From positions 14,366-78,365 of the forward strand of contig JAJRSC010000014.1 of assembly GCA_024278985.1 (NCBI GenBank): a stretch of 64,000 bases of DNA, written 5' to 3'. Below the pieces are notes generated by a model, which was given only the letters and a program-made list of their open reading frames with translations, ran no database searches and was not told the DNA's origin. Each line of letters begins with the position of its first letter. Position 1 is the stretch's first letter. Below, piece by piece: positions 20,720 to 32,707 of the stretch. This DNA is from an archaeon (GTDB taxonomy: Archaea > AGJL01 > Methanococci > Methanococcales > Methanocaldococcaceae). The position numbers and the translations under genes are program-made.

Positions 20720-21898
20720 ATGAACACCATCCAATTTTATAAAGAAGAAAATTTTAAAGAAGTTGATGGGTTGAGAGTTCCAGAGGATTGGGAAGTTGTT
20801 AAGTTAGGAAAAGTTATTACATTAAAAAATGGAAAAAGACCTGTTTTTGATGAGGATGGTATATTTCCAGTATATGGTGCTAATGGTATTATGGGATATT
20901 CTAACAACTATATTACTGATAATGATTTTATTTTGATAATTGGAAGAGTTGGAGCTTCTGGTGAGATTAATTTATCATCTGGAAAAATTTGGGTTAGTGA
21001 TAACGCAATATATAGCGAAAATTATAACAAAACTAAAACATTTCCAATTTTTTTATACTATTTGCTTAGATTCTTAGATATAAAACAATATGTAACAAAA
21101 ACAACACATCCAATAATAACACAAACATTATTGAAAAATCTAAAAATCCCCCTACCTCCTTTAGAAGAGCAGAAAGCAATAGCAAAAATATTAAATGATT
21201 TTGATGAGTTAATAGAAACAATAAATAAGCAAATTGAGGCCTTAAATAAGGTAAAAAAGGGAATGATGAAAAAATTATTTACTAAGGGAGTTTTTAAACA
21301 TGAAAAATTTAAAAAAACTGAGGTTGGAGAAATTCCAGAGGATTGGGATGTTGTTAAGTTGGGAGATGTAATTAAAATATATGACCATTTAAGAGTGCCA
21401 TTAAGTAAAATAGAAAGAAGTAAAAGAAAGGGAAAATATCCATATTGTGGAGCAAATGGTATTATTGACTATATTGATAACTATATATTTGATGGGGAAT
21501 ATGTTTTAATTGCTGAAGATGGGGGATATTTTGGAAAATATGAATCATCTGCTTATATTATGAAAGGTAAATTTTGGGTTAATAATCATGCCCATGTTAT
21601 ACAGGCTATTAATGGACTAACTACAAATTTATTTATAATGTACATATTGAATTACTTAGATTTAAATCCCTATGTTGTTGGTACAACTAGAAAAAAACTA
21701 AATCAGACAGAATTAAAAAACATAAAAATCCCCCTACCTCCTTTAGAAGAACAGAAAGCAATAGCTGAGAGATTAAAAGCTATTGATGAGTTAATAGAAA
21801 TTAAAAAGAAAGAGAAGGAACAAATTGAGAAGGCAAAAAAGGGGATAATGGAAAAGTTATTAACTGGAAAAATAAGAGTAAAAAATTTAAATTCTTAA
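20720..21898 (+). CDS. hsdS: Type I R-M specificity subunit
   Basis: Two PEDWxVVKLG and two IPLPPLEEQKAIA conserved regions flanking two TRDs; C-terminal LLTGKIRV. Confidence 0.95.
   Translation: MNTIQFYKEENFKEVDGLRVPEDWEVVKLGKVITLKNGKRPVFDEDGIFPVYGANGIMGYSNNYITDNDFILIIGRVGASGEINLSSGKIWVSDNAIYSENYNKTKTFPIFLYYLLRFLDIKQYVTKTTHPIITQTLLKNLKIPLPPLEEQKAIAKILNDFDELIETINKQIEALNKVKKGMMKKLFTKGVFKHEKFKKTEVGEIPEDWDVVKLGDVIKIYDHLRVPLSKIERSKRKGKYPYCGANGIIDYIDNYIFDGEYVLIAEDGGYFGKYESSAYIMKGKFWVNNHAHVIQAINGLTTNLFIMYILNYLDLNPYVVGTTRKKLNQTELKNIKIPLPPLEEQKAIAERLKAIDELIEIKKKEKEQIEKAKKGIMEKLLTGKIRVKNLNS
20778..21364 (+). repeat. 32-bp near-identical direct repeat at the start of each hsdS TRD (20778-20809 / 21333-21364)
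   Basis: TTCCAGAGGATTGGGA(A/T)GTTGTTAAGTT(A/G)GGA. Confidence 0.85.
21141..21765 (+). repeat. 43-bp direct repeat at the end of each hsdS TRD (21141-21183 / 21723-21765)
   Basis: TAAAAATCCCCCTACCTCCTTTAGAAGA(G/A)CAGAAAGCAATAGC, one mismatch. Confidence 0.9.
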
Positions 21899-21935
21899 AA
21901 TAAAAATTTTTATTGTTAATAAATTTGGTGAAATT

Positions 21936-22244
21936 ATGCAACTTAATAAAAACATCATCTTAAGCATTCTTAGAGAGCATAAAAATGAATTAAAAAAATT
22001 TGGCGTTAAAAGAATTGGTTTATTTGGAAGTTATGCAAAAAATGAGCAGAAAGAAACATCAGATATTGATTTTATTGTTGAGTTTGAAGAAGGACAGGCA
22101 ACTTATGACAATTATATAAATTTAATAACATATCTTGAAAACTTATTTAATAAAAAAGTTGATTTGCTCACTGTAGAAGGTTTAAAAAGCATAAGAATAA
22201 AAGAAATTAAAGAAGATATTAAAAAAGGTATTATATATGTCTAA
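21936..22244 (+). CDS. Minimal nucleotidyltransferase (MNT/MntA antitoxin)
   Basis: GLFGSYAKNEQKETSDIDFIVEF...KVDL. Confidence 0.92.
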   Translation: MQLNKNIILSILREHKNELKKFGVKRIGLFGSYAKNEQKETSDIDFIVEFEEGQATYDNYINLITYLENLFNKKVDLLTVEGLKSIRIKEIKEDIKKGIIYV

Positions 22245-22353
22245 AAGAGGAGATTAAGAAATTTTAATGGATATTTTAGAGGCAATAAATAGATAAAAAT
22301 TTATACGAAAGGAATGGATTATGAAACATTTTTATCAGATATAAAAACACAAG
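22237..22353 (+). pseudogene. HEPN/DUF86 (HepT) toxin remnant
   Basis: Overlaps the MNT stop; reads MSKRGD*EILMDILEAINR, then after a frameshift KIYTKGMDYETFLSDIKTQ; cut off before the RNxxxH motif. Confidence 0.75.
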
Positions 22354-22384
22354 TGTTAATAAATTTGGTGGAATTTTATCTCAG

Positions 22385-25300
22385 GTGAATAAAATGCCTA
22401 TTCCAGAGAATCATGTCCATAAAAATATAGAAGAAAATTTAAATAAATTAGGTTGGAAAAAATTGGATAGATATGAGGAGGAGGCATTTAGCAATTATAT
22501 AATAAAACCAATATTAAAGGAACAACTAAAAATTATAAACAGCCATATAAAGAAATACAAAGATGAATTTATTGAGAAGGCAATAAATAAACTGATGAAT
22601 GAACAAAAACCAGAGATTATTTTAGATTATATTAAAAATGGAATTTTTATATCTTTAGACAAAGGTAGAAAAGGGCAAGTTCCTGATAGAGTTAAATTAA
22701 TTGATTATAAAAATATTGAAAAGAATATTTTTCACTATGCCCATGAATTAAAATTTAAAGGAAATGACAATATTATCCCAGATTTTACTTTATTTATTAA
22801 TGGCATACCTCTTATAATAATTGAAGCAAAAAGGGAGATATCTAAAAAAGATACTTATGAAGATGCAATAAATCAAATAAATAGATATGAAAGAGAAGCT
22901 CCAAAATTATTTAATTATGTACAGTTTGCTGTAGTTTATGGAGATGAAAAACTTTACATCCCAACATATCCAAATGAAGAAAAAGAAGATAGATTTAAAA
23001 AACCCTACAAATGGAAAAATGTTAGAAAAGAGGAAGATATTTGGGATTTATTAAAAAGAGAGAGAGTTTTAGATATAATAAAAAACTTTACATTTTTTAG
23101 TATTGACAGAACTGAAAAAAAGACTAAAATTATTCCAAGATATATGCAATATTGGGCTGTAAATAAAGCTTTTAAAAGAATAATCAACTATCTAAATAAT
23201 AATGATTATAAAAATAGAGGATTAGTTTGGCATTGGCAAGGTAGTGGAAAAACCTTTGAAATTATTTATTTAGCAGAACTATTTTATAATGAATTTAAAA
23301 ATAGACATCCAGTTATATTTATAGTGGTTGATAGAACAGATTTAGAGAATCAATTTAATAATGATATTATATCCCTAAATAATGCCAATTTTAAAAAGAA
23401 TTATAAAAAAATTGATAGTATTGAAGAACTTAAAAATCTTCTAATTAAAATAAAAGAATCAGAAATTAATCCAAAAATTTCCATTGAAGGGCTTTATTTG
23501 GTTATGATGCATAAATTTAATGAAAATAAATTGGAGGATTTTATAAAATCTTTTGACTCAATTGATAAAAAAGAAATTTTAATTTTAAGGGATGAAGCAC
23601 ATAGAACTGAATCTGGAAAATTTGCAACTTTAAGAAATAAGATTTTTAAAAATGCTATAACTATTGGTTTTACAGGAACTCCAGTTCATAAAAAAGATAT
23701 AAGCACATTTAAAGAATTTGCCTATCCAAATGAAGGAGAGTTTTATTTAGATAGGTTTTTTATTGAGGAATCAATAAAAGAAGGCTTTACTCTACCTTTA
23801 ATTTGGAGAACAGTAACACCTAAAGATATTAAGGATATTCCAGAAGAGGAGATAAAAAATATTATAAAATTGTTTGTTGATGAAGAAGATGCTGAGAAAA
23901 TTGTTGTATCCAAAAAAGAAATTGCTGAAAAAATAAAATTATCTGATTTATTAAAAAGTGAAAGCAGTATAAAAGAGGCATCAAAATACATAGCAGAGCA
24001 TATTTTAGAAGATACTGAGAATTTTAAATTTAAGGCCATGGTTGTAGCTCAAGATAGAAAATCCTGTATTTTATTTAAAAAATATTTGGATAAATATTTA
24101 AAGGAAAATATTAAAGATTATAATGAAGACTGGGCTCAGGTTGTTATTACCTATGAACAAAATGATGATGTGGAGATTGAAAACTACAAAAAAATGGTTG
24201 AAGAGAAATATGGGAAAAGTATAGAGGAATTAAATAATAATTGGGCTGATAATTTCAAAACTTCAGAAATTCCAAAAATTTTAATTGTAAATAAAAAGCT
24301 ATTAACTGGATTTGATGCACCAATATTAAAAACTATCTATATCCATCAATTCCTTAAAGATTATCTCTTACTCCAAGCATCTGCAAGGGCAAACAGACCA
24401 GAAAAAGATAAAAAATATGGGCTTATTGTTGATTTAACTGGAGTATTAATTGAAAACTACAAAAAGGCAATTGAGTTTTATAACTTATATAATGATGAGG
24501 CTATAAATAAAGATATTTTAAATAATTTATTTGTTGAAACATCAAAAATTTGGGAAAGCTTCTTAACAAAATTAGAGGAATTTAAGATGTTATTTAAATC
24601 AATTGTAGGGTTTGAGTTTAACAATCTACCCAATTATTTAAAGTAACAAAATGATGCAAATAAAGAATTTAAAAAAGTTATTAGTAAAATAATCTTGAGT
24701 GATAAATTTGAATATTTCTATTCAAAACTTAGAGAACTTATTCAATTATTTGAAGCTGTTGGAGCTTATGGAGAAAAATTAAATTATTATGAAACCTATG
24801 AATGGTTAAAAGTATTATCTGCAGGAATAAATAAACAGATAAGACCAAAAAGTTATAAAATTCCTTACAATCAAATAAAAAAAGAATTATTAAATTATTT
24901 AGAATTTGATACCTATAAAGATATTTCTCAAATCACAATAGACTCCAAGATATTGGAGAAAATAAAAAATAATAAAGAAAATCTTAACATAATTATTGCT
25001 GATATGGTTTATTATTCCTTAGATGTCCTTCAAAATAAAAGAGAACCAATATATAGGATGATATATGAAAGAATAAACGAATTAAAAAATGCATATATAT
25101 CAAAAACTAAAAAAAGTGAGTATATAATTAATGAGTTAATAAATTGTTTAAATACATTAAAAACTTATGAAGAGGACGAAAAAACATTATCCAAATCTGA
25201 AAGGGCATTAAAAAATATATTGTTTTATTTAAAGAACTTTAAAAAGTATAGTGATATTAAAAAACTTCCATTAACTGAAAAGTCCTTAAAAAGTTTGGAA

Positions 25301-25447
25301 AATAAAAAATTAATAAGACCAAGTGATTTTGATAAGATTAAAAAATATTTATTTATTGATTTGAAAAATACTATTAAAGAAACAGAAGATAGAAGAAAGA
25401 TATCAAATAAAATAGTAGAGGAGATTATTAAGCCTATTTTTACATAA
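22385..25447 (+). pseudogene. hsdR: Type I R-M restriction subunit split by one in-frame TAA at 24644-24646
   Basis: IPD...IEAK nuclease, QGSGKT, DEAH, GFTGTP, TGFDAP, ARANR; ORFs 22385-24646 and 24695-25447 share a frame with an open QNDANKEF... linker. Confidence 0.85.
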
Positions 25448-25469
25448 AAATAAAGGTTTTTGAGATACA

Positions 25470-25778
25470 ATGAACAGATTAAATAAACTATTAGAAGATG
25501 TAAAAAAAGAATTAAATTTAAACTATAATATAAAAATTAGAATAAAGCCACAAAAAAGAAAAATTGCCTCCATTTCATTAACAAATAAAATCATCTATAT
25601 AAATAAAAATCTACTTCCTCATCTGAATGAGGAGGAAATAAAGTTTATCCTTGCTCATGAACTTCTACATTTAAAATATGGAAAATATCATACAAATGAA
25701 TTTGAGCAGGAACTTTCATCTTTATTTCCTAATAAAGAAACTCTTTTAATGAATATTATAAATAAACTAAAAAATTAA
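25470..25778 (+). CDS. YgjP/M48-like zinc metallopeptidase associated with type I R-M
   Basis: AHELLHL...HTNEF; lies directly after hsdR. Confidence 0.82.
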   Translation: MNRLNKLLEDVKKELNLNYNIKIRIKPQKRKIASISLTNKIIYINKNLLPHLNEEEIKFILAHELLHLKYGKYHTNEFEQELSSLFPNKETLLMNIINKLKN

Positions 25779-25783
25779 ATTAC

Positions 25784-27007
25784 TTATTTTATAACCCTTT
25801 CAAATTCCTCTTTTTTATTTAATGGTTTTGTGGCATCTATTCCTATTTTTGTGGTTGTTTTATTTTCTTTTAAAGATGGGTCTAAAGATGAACCTTTAGC
25901 TCCAGGGATAATTATTATATCTTTATCTCCTTGGACTCTTGTAGCTATGGCATATTCTACATCTGAAATATCAAAAATATTTATATCTTCATCTACAACA
26001 ACAACATGTTTTAAACTTGGATGTGATGCCAAAGCTGCTAAAATAGCATTTTTTCCATCTCCTTCAGTTCTTTTTTCTATTTGAACAACTGCATGAAGCC
26101 AACAACAACCTCCTTCAGTAAGATAAACATTTTTAACTGTTGGAATTGTATTTCTTATAAACTTTAACATCCTTGGTTCTTGAGGAAGTCCCATTAATGC
26201 CTTATGCTCCTCTCCTCCAGGTAGAAGTGCATGGAATATTTTTTCTCTAACTAAAACCTTTTCAATCTCTATTATTGGCTGTTTTCTTATTTTATCATAT
26301 GTTCCAGTTATATCTACAAATGGCCCCTCATCATCATACTTATTTAATATCCTTCCTTTAATAATTATCTCTGCCTTAGGAACTAATATATTATCTAACT
26401 CAAAAACTTCAATTTTATCCAAAGTGGAGGCAAACTTTAACTCATCAAAGTATATATCTCCAGAAGTAGATGCTGCTAATAAAACAGCAGGATGGCAACC
26501 AATAGCAATAACAACATTTAAATAACCTTTTTCTTTTAAAGCCTTGTTATATAGAAAATGTAAATGTCTCTGCTCTACCATCCTGATAACTAAATAATTA
26601 TCTTTAACTAAAATTCTATGTATTGATAAATTATATCCATAGTCTTTATCATTGACAATAACAACACCAGAAGTAATATATGGACCTGCATCTTTTTCAA
26701 AATATTTAGGTATAGGAATATTTTTAATATCCTCCTCTTTATATTCCTTCTTTAATGAATTGTTGATTATTGGCTCTCCGTCTAATTTTTCCATCTTGTC
26801 CAATAAAAATTTAGAAAACTCTTCCTTTTTTACATTAAAAAACTTTGCTAATCTTTCCCTATTCCACAAATTTCCAACTACTTCATAACCATCAACATCT
26901 TTTATATATACAACATCTTTTTTGTATTTTAATAATATTCTTCCTATCTCTTCTCTGTTGGCTTTTTCTATTACTATTGGATTGAAAAGTTTTAAAAATT
27001 CTCTCAT
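25784..27007 (-). CDS. UbiD-family decarboxylase (likely anhydromevalonate phosphate decarboxylase)
   Basis: DAGPYIT, NLSIHR, EGPF, VVVDEDI, LDPS, KIGIDAT. Confidence 0.85.
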   Translation of the reverse strand: MREFLKLFNPIVIEKANREEIGRILLKYKKDVVYIKDVDGYEVVGNLWNRERLAKFFNVKKEEFSKFLLDKMEKLDGEPIINNSLKKEYKEEDIKNIPIPKYFEKDAGPYITSGVVIVNDKDYGYNLSIHRILVKDNYLVIRMVEQRHLHFLYNKALKEKGYLNVVIAIGCHPAVLLAASTSGDIYFDELKFASTLDKIEVFELDNILVPKAEIIIKGRILNKYDDEGPFVDITGTYDKIRKQPIIEIEKVLVREKIFHALLPGGEEHKALMGLPQEPRMLKFIRNTIPTVKNVYLTEGGCCWLHAVVQIEKRTEGDGKNAILAALASHPSLKHVVVVDEDINIFDISDVEYAIATRVQGDKDIIIIPGAKGSSLDPSLKENKTTTKIGIDATKPLNKKEEFERVIK

Positions 27008-29025
27008 AATATCACTTTTGCATCTCCTACAATTCCACCTTTTTCAAATACAAAAACAGGATTTAAATCAATTTCCTTAATATTGTTAATCTCTGCTATA
27101 ACTCCAATCTTTATAATAAGTTCAGCAATGAAATTTATATCTCCTTTTTTTCCTCTATATCCTTCTAATATTTTATATCCTTTTAGAGATTTTATCATAT
27201 CTATGGCATAGTCTTTACTTATTGGCAATATACCAAAAGATATATCCTTTAAAACTTCTACAAATATTCCTCCTAATCCTGTTAAAACAGTAATCCCTAA
27301 ATCATCTCTTTTAGCTCCTATAAATATCTCCAAACCATCAATATATTCCTCTATTAAAACACCTTCCACATCCTTCTTAGAGATTAAATTATCAAATGCC
27401 TTTATAGGATTTTCAGGTTTTATAATAACTCCTCCAATATCTGTTTTATGTAATATCTTAGATGATAAAACTTTCATAACAAAAGAAGAATTTTTAAAGT
27501 TTTTAGTATATTTTTCAACATCCTCTCTACTTCTTGCAATATAACACTTAGGTGTTGGAATTCCATATAAAGATAATAGTTTTTTTATATTATATTCATT
27601 TGGATTTTTTAAATATTGTTCAATTAGTTCTCTATTTTTTTCTGTTATCTTTAAAAACTCTTTTTTTACTTTATAATAAAATTCATAATCTTCTTCTCTT
27701 TTCTTAATTTCTCTATATTTGTTTAAAAAGTATAGTGCCTTAATACCATTTTCAGGAGTTTGATAAGAGGGATACCCATTTTTTCTTAAATAACTCTTAG
27801 CTCCTTTTACTGATACTCCACCTATAAATGAGGTTACCATTGGCTTTATATTAAGTTTAACAATTTCCTCAGCAACTTTTAAAGGATTTGTCATTTTTTG
27901 AGGAGTTAAAATTACAAGGAATGCATCTATATTTTTATCCTTAGATAACACTTTTATAACTTCTCTATATCTCTCTGGAGTAGCATCTCCAATAATATCA
28001 AGAGGATTATTAATATTGGTATTTTTTGGTAAGATTTTTTTTAGTTCTTTAATAGTAACATCTGAAAACTTTGAAAGATTTATTTTATACTTTTCAACTG
28101 CATCAGCAGATAAAACTCCAAAACCTCCAGCATTTGTTATTATTGCTATATTATTTCCTTTAGGAATTGGTTGAGTAGAAAAGATATGTATAAAGTCAAT
28201 TAACTCCTCAAAAGTTTCTGCCTCTATTAATCCTGCTTGCTTGAAAATAGCTTTATATATTTCATATTCTCCTGCCAATGCACCAGTGTGAGACTTTGCT
28301 AATATCTTACCTATCTCACTTTTTCCTGCCTTTAAAACAATAATTGGCTTTTTCTTAGAGACATTTTTAGCAATCTCGTTAAAGCTCTTATCTTTTAAAC
28401 TTTCAATATATAAAACAATAACCTTAGTCCTTTCATCATTCTCTAAATATTTTAATATCTCACTCTCCTGGATATCAATCTTATTCCCTAAACTAACAAC
28501 TTTAGAGACTCCAATATTTAAAAGGGGTGTTATATCTAAAATAGCATTTAAAACTGCACCACTTTGTGATATTATAGCCACATTACCCTCTTTTGGAAAG
28601 ATGTTAGAAAAAGAGGCATTTAATTTATTTTCAGTATTTATAATCCCTAAACAGTTAGGTCCTATAACCCTTATATTGAACTTTTTAGCTATTTCTCTAA
28701 CTTTTTCCTCTAATTCATAATTTCCAACTTCAGAAAATCCTGCTGATATTATAATAGCTCCTTTAACTCCCTTTTTACCACACTCTTCTAATACATTAGG
28801 CACATAAATATTTGGAACTACTATAACAACTAAGTCAATATCTTCCTCAATATCTAAAATAGATTTATAGCATTTTTTACCTAATATGTTATTATACTTT
28901 GGATTGATAAAATAAACATTCCCCTTAAAGTTACTCAAATTTTTAATTATTGAATTTCCAACTTTGCCCTCTTTTGGTGTAGCTCCTATAACAGCAACAT
29001 TTTTAGGATAAAATATAAAATCCAT
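27004..29025 (-). CDS. ADP-forming acetate/acyl-CoA ligase, alpha-beta fusion
   Basis: [42 protein letters not shown]. Confidence 0.9.
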   Translation of the reverse strand: MDFIFYPKNVAVIGATPKEGKVGNSIIKNLSNFKGNVYFINPKYNNILGKKCYKSILDIEEDIDLVVIVVPNIYVPNVLEECGKKGVKGAIIISAGFSEVGNYELEEKVREIAKKFNIRVIGPNCLGIINTENKLNASFSNIFPKEGNVAIISQSGAVLNAILDITPLLNIGVSKVVSLGNKIDIQESEILKYLENDERTKVIVLYIESLKDKSFNEIAKNVSKKKPIIVLKAGKSEIGKILAKSHTGALAGEYEIYKAIFKQAGLIEAETFEELIDFIHIFSTQPIPKGNNIAIITNAGGFGVLSADAVEKYKINLSKFSDVTIKELKKILPKNTNINNPLDIIGDATPERYREVIKVLSKDKNIDAFLVILTPQKMTNPLKVAEEIVKLNIKPMVTSFIGGVSVKGAKSYLRKNGYPSYQTPENGIKALYFLNKYREIKKREEDYEFYYKVKKEFLKITEKNRELIEQYLKNPNEYNIKKLLSLYGIPTPKCYIARSREDVEKYTKNFKNSSFVMKVLSSKILHKTDIGGVIIKPENPIKAFDNLISKKDVEGVLIEEYIDGLEIFIGAKRDDLGITVLTGLGGIFVEVLKDISFGILPISKDYAIDMIKSLKGYKILEGYRGKKGDINFIAELIIKIGVIAEINNIKEIDLNPVFVFEKGGIVGDAKVIL

Positions 29026-29122
29026 TATTTCACTTTTTAAATTATTAGGTTATATATTATTATTTATTGGGCAAATTATAAAATATTATTTATTTCCAAA
29101 AATATTTTATAAAGGTGAAACT

Positions 29123-29935
29123 TTGGAAATTGAAAAACTAAAAGAAATAGCTAAGAGAGTTAGAATAAAAATATTAAAAATGTGTTGTTTGGCAAAATCT
29201 GGGCATCCTGGAGGAAGTTTATCATCTGTTGAAATTTTAGTTTCTTTATACTTTAAATTAATGGATTTTTCATTAGATAAAAAAGATAGAGATAGATTTG
29301 TTTTAAGTAAAGGTCATGCTGCACCTGCTTTATATGCAGTTATTTCTGAATTGGGAATTATTGAAGAGGAAGAACTTTGGAAACTCAGGAGATTAGAGGG
29401 AAAACTTCAAGGACATCCATCAATTGAAACCCCTGGAGTTGAAATATCAACTGGTTCATTAGGTCAAGGATTTTCTGCAAGTGTTGGAATGGCTTTAGGG
29501 TATAAGTTGGATGGAATAAACAAATATGTTTATGTACTTTTAGGAGATGGAGAATGTCAGGAGGGTATTGTTTGGGAGGCAGCAATGGCTGCAGCACATT
29601 ATAAGTTAGATAATTTAATTGCCTTTGTAGATAGAAATTGGTTACAAATAGATGGACATACTGAGGATGTTATGGGTTTGGAAAAAATTGCTGAGAAGTT
29701 TAGAAGTTTTAACTGGGACGTATTTGAAATAAATGGAAACGATTTTGAAGAAATAATAAAAACAGTTGAAAGAGCCAAAAACATGAGAAATAGAAGGCCA
29801 AAGGTTATTATAGCATACACAACTAAAGGAAAAGGAGTTTCATTTATGGAGAATAATGTCGCATTTCATGGAAAACCACCAACTGATGAACAACTAAAAC
29901 AGGCATTAAAAGAGTTGGGTGAGTTAGATGGTTAG
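29123..29935 (+). CDS. Transketolase N-terminal subunit
   Basis: [29 protein letters not shown]. Confidence 0.93.
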   Translation: MEIEKLKEIAKRVRIKILKMCCLAKSGHPGGSLSSVEILVSLYFKLMDFSLDKKDRDRFVLSKGHAAPALYAVISELGIIEEEELWKLRRLEGKLQGHPSIETPGVEISTGSLGQGFSASVGMALGYKLDGINKYVYVLLGDGECQEGIVWEAAMAAAHYKLDNLIAFVDRNWLQIDGHTEDVMGLEKIAEKFRSFNWDVFEINGNDFEEIIKTVERAKNMRNRRPKVIIAYTTKGKGVSFMENNVAFHGKPPTDEQLKQALKELGELDG

Positions 29936-30581
29936 AATTGGAGCATCTATATTATCTGCAGATTTTAGTAATTTAAAAGAAGAAATAAAGAGGGCTGAAG
30001 AGGCAGGAGTTGATTTTTTCCATGTTGATATGATGGATGGTCACTTTGTTCCAAATATTAGTATGGGGATAGGAATAGCTAAACATGTTAAAAAACTAAC
30101 ATCTCTCCCTGTTGATGTTCATCTTATGGTAGAAAATGTTTCCCTGTTCATTGATGAATTTAAGGGAATGGATTATATTACCTTCCATATAGAAGCTGTA
30201 AGATTCCCATTTAGGATAATAAGAAAGATTAAGGAAATAGGAGCTAAACCAATAGTGGCAATAAATCCAGCTACACCATTGGATATGATTGAATATGTTT
30301 TAGATGAGGCATATGCTGTTTTAGTTATGACTGTTGAGCCTGGGTTTGCTGGACAGGAGTTTATTCCTGTTATGGTTAAAAAAATTAGAAAGTTAAAAAG
30401 TATGATTGTAGAGAACAGTTATGACACTTTAATTTTTGTTGATGGAGGAATTAATGTAGAAACTGCTCCTAAAGCAGTTAAGGCAGGAGCTGATGCAATT
30501 ATTGCAGCTTCTGCAATATTTGGAAAAGGAAATGTAAAAGAAGCTGTTAAAAAATTAAGAGAGGTTATAGAACATGGTTAG
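29928..30581 (+). CDS. rpe: Ribulose-phosphate 3-epimerase
   Basis: [32 protein letters not shown]. Confidence 0.96.
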   Translation: MVRIGASILSADFSNLKEEIKRAEEAGVDFFHVDMMDGHFVPNISMGIGIAKHVKKLTSLPVDVHLMVENVSLFIDEFKGMDYITFHIEAVRFPFRIIRKIKEIGAKPIVAINPATPLDMIEYVLDEAYAVLVMTVEPGFAGQEFIPVMVKKIRKLKSMIVENSYDTLIFVDGGINVETAPKAVKAGADAIIAASAIFGKGNVKEAVKKLREVIEHG

Positions 30582-31524
30582 ATTAACAGGAATATATAAG
30601 GGTATGAGAAAGGCATATGGAGAGACATTGGTAGAATTAGGAGAAAAATATAAAAATTTAGTAGTTTTAGATGCTGACTTATCAAGTTCTACACAGACGG
30701 CGATGTTTGCTAAAAAGTTTCCTGAAAGATTTTTTAATGTAGGAATTGCAGAGCAGAATTTAATGGGAATTTCTGCTGGTTTAGCAACTACTGACAAAAT
30801 TGTTTTTGCTTCAAGTTTTGCAATGTTTGCAGCTGGAAGACCTTGGGAGATTATAAGGAACATTATAGCATATCCAAAATTAAATGTTAAAATAGTAGCC
30901 ACTCATGCTGGCATAACAGTTGGAGAAGATGGAGCAACTCATCAGATGACTGAAGATATTGCAATAATGAGAGCTATTCCTAATATGGTTGTTATAGCTC
31001 CAAGTGATTACTACCATACTAAAAATGTTATTAGAGAGATAGTAGAGTATAATGGACCAGTATATGTAAGAATGCCAAGAAGGGATACAGAAATAATTTA
31101 TGAAAATGAAGAAGAAGCAGATTTTAAAATAGGAGAGGGAAAAATCTTAAGAGATGGTGAAGATTTAACAATAATTGCAACAGGAGAAGAAGTTCCAGAA
31201 GCATTAAGAGCTTATGAAATATTAAAAGAAAATAATATTTCTGCTGAAATTATTGAGATGGCTACTATAAAACCAATAGATGAGGAGGTAATAAAAAAAG
31301 CAAATGACTTTATAGTTACTATGGAAGACCATAATATTATTGGAGGGTTAGGTAGTGCTGTAGGAGAGGTTATAGTTAAAGAAGGGTTAAATAAGAGAGT
31401 TTTAATGGTAGGAATTCCTGATGTATTTGGTAAGAGTGGAAAAGCAGAGGAACTTTTAAAATACTATGGTTTAGATGGGGAAAGTGTTGCAAAAAGGATT
31501 ATGAGGGAATTAAAAAATGGATGA
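30574..31524 (+). CDS. Transketolase C-terminal subunit
   Basis: GIAEQN, GEDGATHQ, TIKPID, EDHNIIGGLG. Confidence 0.93.
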   Translation: MVRLTGIYKGMRKAYGETLVELGEKYKNLVVLDADLSSSTQTAMFAKKFPERFFNVGIAEQNLMGISAGLATTDKIVFASSFAMFAAGRPWEIIRNIIAYPKLNVKIVATHAGITVGEDGATHQMTEDIAIMRAIPNMVVIAPSDYYHTKNVIREIVEYNGPVYVRMPRRDTEIIYENEEEADFKIGEGKILRDGEDLTIIATGEEVPEALRAYEILKENNISAEIIEMATIKPIDEEVIKKANDFIVTMEDHNIIGGLGSAVGEVIVKEGLNKRVLMVGIPDVFGKSGKAEELLKYYGLDGESVAKRIMRELKNG

Positions 31525-32707
31525 AAAATTTGCCTCAAAATTTGAAATAAATATTTTAAATAAATTAACTAATAAAAATTTTACATATGACTTATCTATA
31601 ATATTAAAAAAAATTGGTGGAATTGATTATAGAAAAAAGGTTTATTTAGGTGGAGAATGTATTGGAATATTAGAATTTGATTTAAATATTTTAGATTGGG
31701 TATTTCATCCCTATGCTTCATACTATTTATTAGAAGAACCAAAAATAAAAATAAAGGAAACAAAGAGAAGACTAAAAGGAAAGAAAGTTCCTTTAAATTT
31801 AATTGAAAATGTTGAAGAGTTTAAAGAACTTCCTGATGGATATGTAGGAGTTGAACTTAACAACTATGTAGGTGTTGGAATTAAAAAAGGAGACACTTTA
31901 AAAATAAAAGATTTAACTTTAAAAAGAGAGATAAAATTAGAAAAACTTGAAGAATACTTAAGAAAAAATAAAAATAGAATTGAAAGATTGGAAAAAAAAG
32001 CTAAAGATATAATAAAAAAATATAAAGATAAGCCAATAAATGTATCTTTTTCTGGGGGAAAAGATAGTTCTGTTTCAACACTATTAGCAAATGACATTAT
32101 TCCTGATATTGAAGTTATATTTATAGACACTGGTTTAGAGTTTCCAGATACTTTAAAATTTGTTAAAAAGTTTGCTAAAAAATTTAATTTAAATTTAATA
32201 ATCTTAAATGGAGATAATTTTTGGGATTATTTGGATAAATATGGAATTCCAACTAAAGATAATAGATGGTGTAATAGTATCTGTAAGTTAAATCCATTAA
32301 AAGAATATCTAAAAAAGTATAAAATAATATATACTATTGATGGAACAAGGAAATATGAAAGTTTTACAAGAAGTAAATTAGGTTATGAGAGAAAAAGCTC
32401 CTTTATTGAAAATCAGATAAACATTTTTCCAATTTTAGACTGGAAAGGAACAGATGTCTGGAGTTGGATATATTTAAATGATATTCCTTATAATCCATTA
32501 TATGATAAAGGTTTTGAAAGAATTGGATGTTATTTATGCCCTGCTATGTTATCTGCAGAATTTTTAAGAGTTAAAGAACTATATCCTGAGCTATTTAAAA
32601 AATGGTTTGAAACATTAAAAAAATATGGATACTCTGAAGATGAAATATTAAAAGGTTTATGGAGATGGAAAGAACTTCCTAAAAAAATGAAACTTATAAA
32701 AAAATGA
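31517..32707 (+). CDS. PAPS/APS-reductase-family protein
   Basis: SFSGGKDS, DTGLEFP, RWCNSICK, RIGCYLCP. Confidence 0.85.
   Translation: MDEKFASKFEINILNKLTNKNFTYDLSIILKKIGGIDYRKKVYLGGECIGILEFDLNILDWVFHPYASYYLLEEPKIKIKETKRRLKGKKVPLNLIENVEEFKELPDGYVGVELNNYVGVGIKKGDTLKIKDLTLKREIKLEKLEEYLRKNKNRIERLEKKAKDIIKKYKDKPINVSFSGGKDSSVSTLLANDIIPDIEVIFIDTGLEFPDTLKFVKKFAKKFNLNLIILNGDNFWDYLDKYGIPTKDNRWCNSICKLNPLKEYLKKYKIIYTIDGTRKYESFTRSKLGYERKSSFIENQINIFPILDWKGTDVWSWIYLNDIPYNPLYDKGFERIGCYLCPAMLSAEFLRVKELYPELFKKWFETLKKYGYSEDEILKGLWRWKELPKKMKLIKK

Larger units (their letters stand above)
21914..22370 (+). repeat. 17-bp perfect direct repeat flanking the MNT-HEPN cassette
   Basis: TGTTAATAAATTTGGTG at 21914-21930 and 22354-22370. 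Confidence 0.85.

Noticed and set aside
24695-25447. 250-aa ORF as an independent gene
   Set aside because: It is in frame with hsdR across a single TAA and has only a TTG start; treated as the HsdR C-terminus
29123-31524. Split transketolase with rpe between the halves
   Set aside because: Known arrangement in Methanocaldococcus (non-oxidative pentose phosphate pathway)
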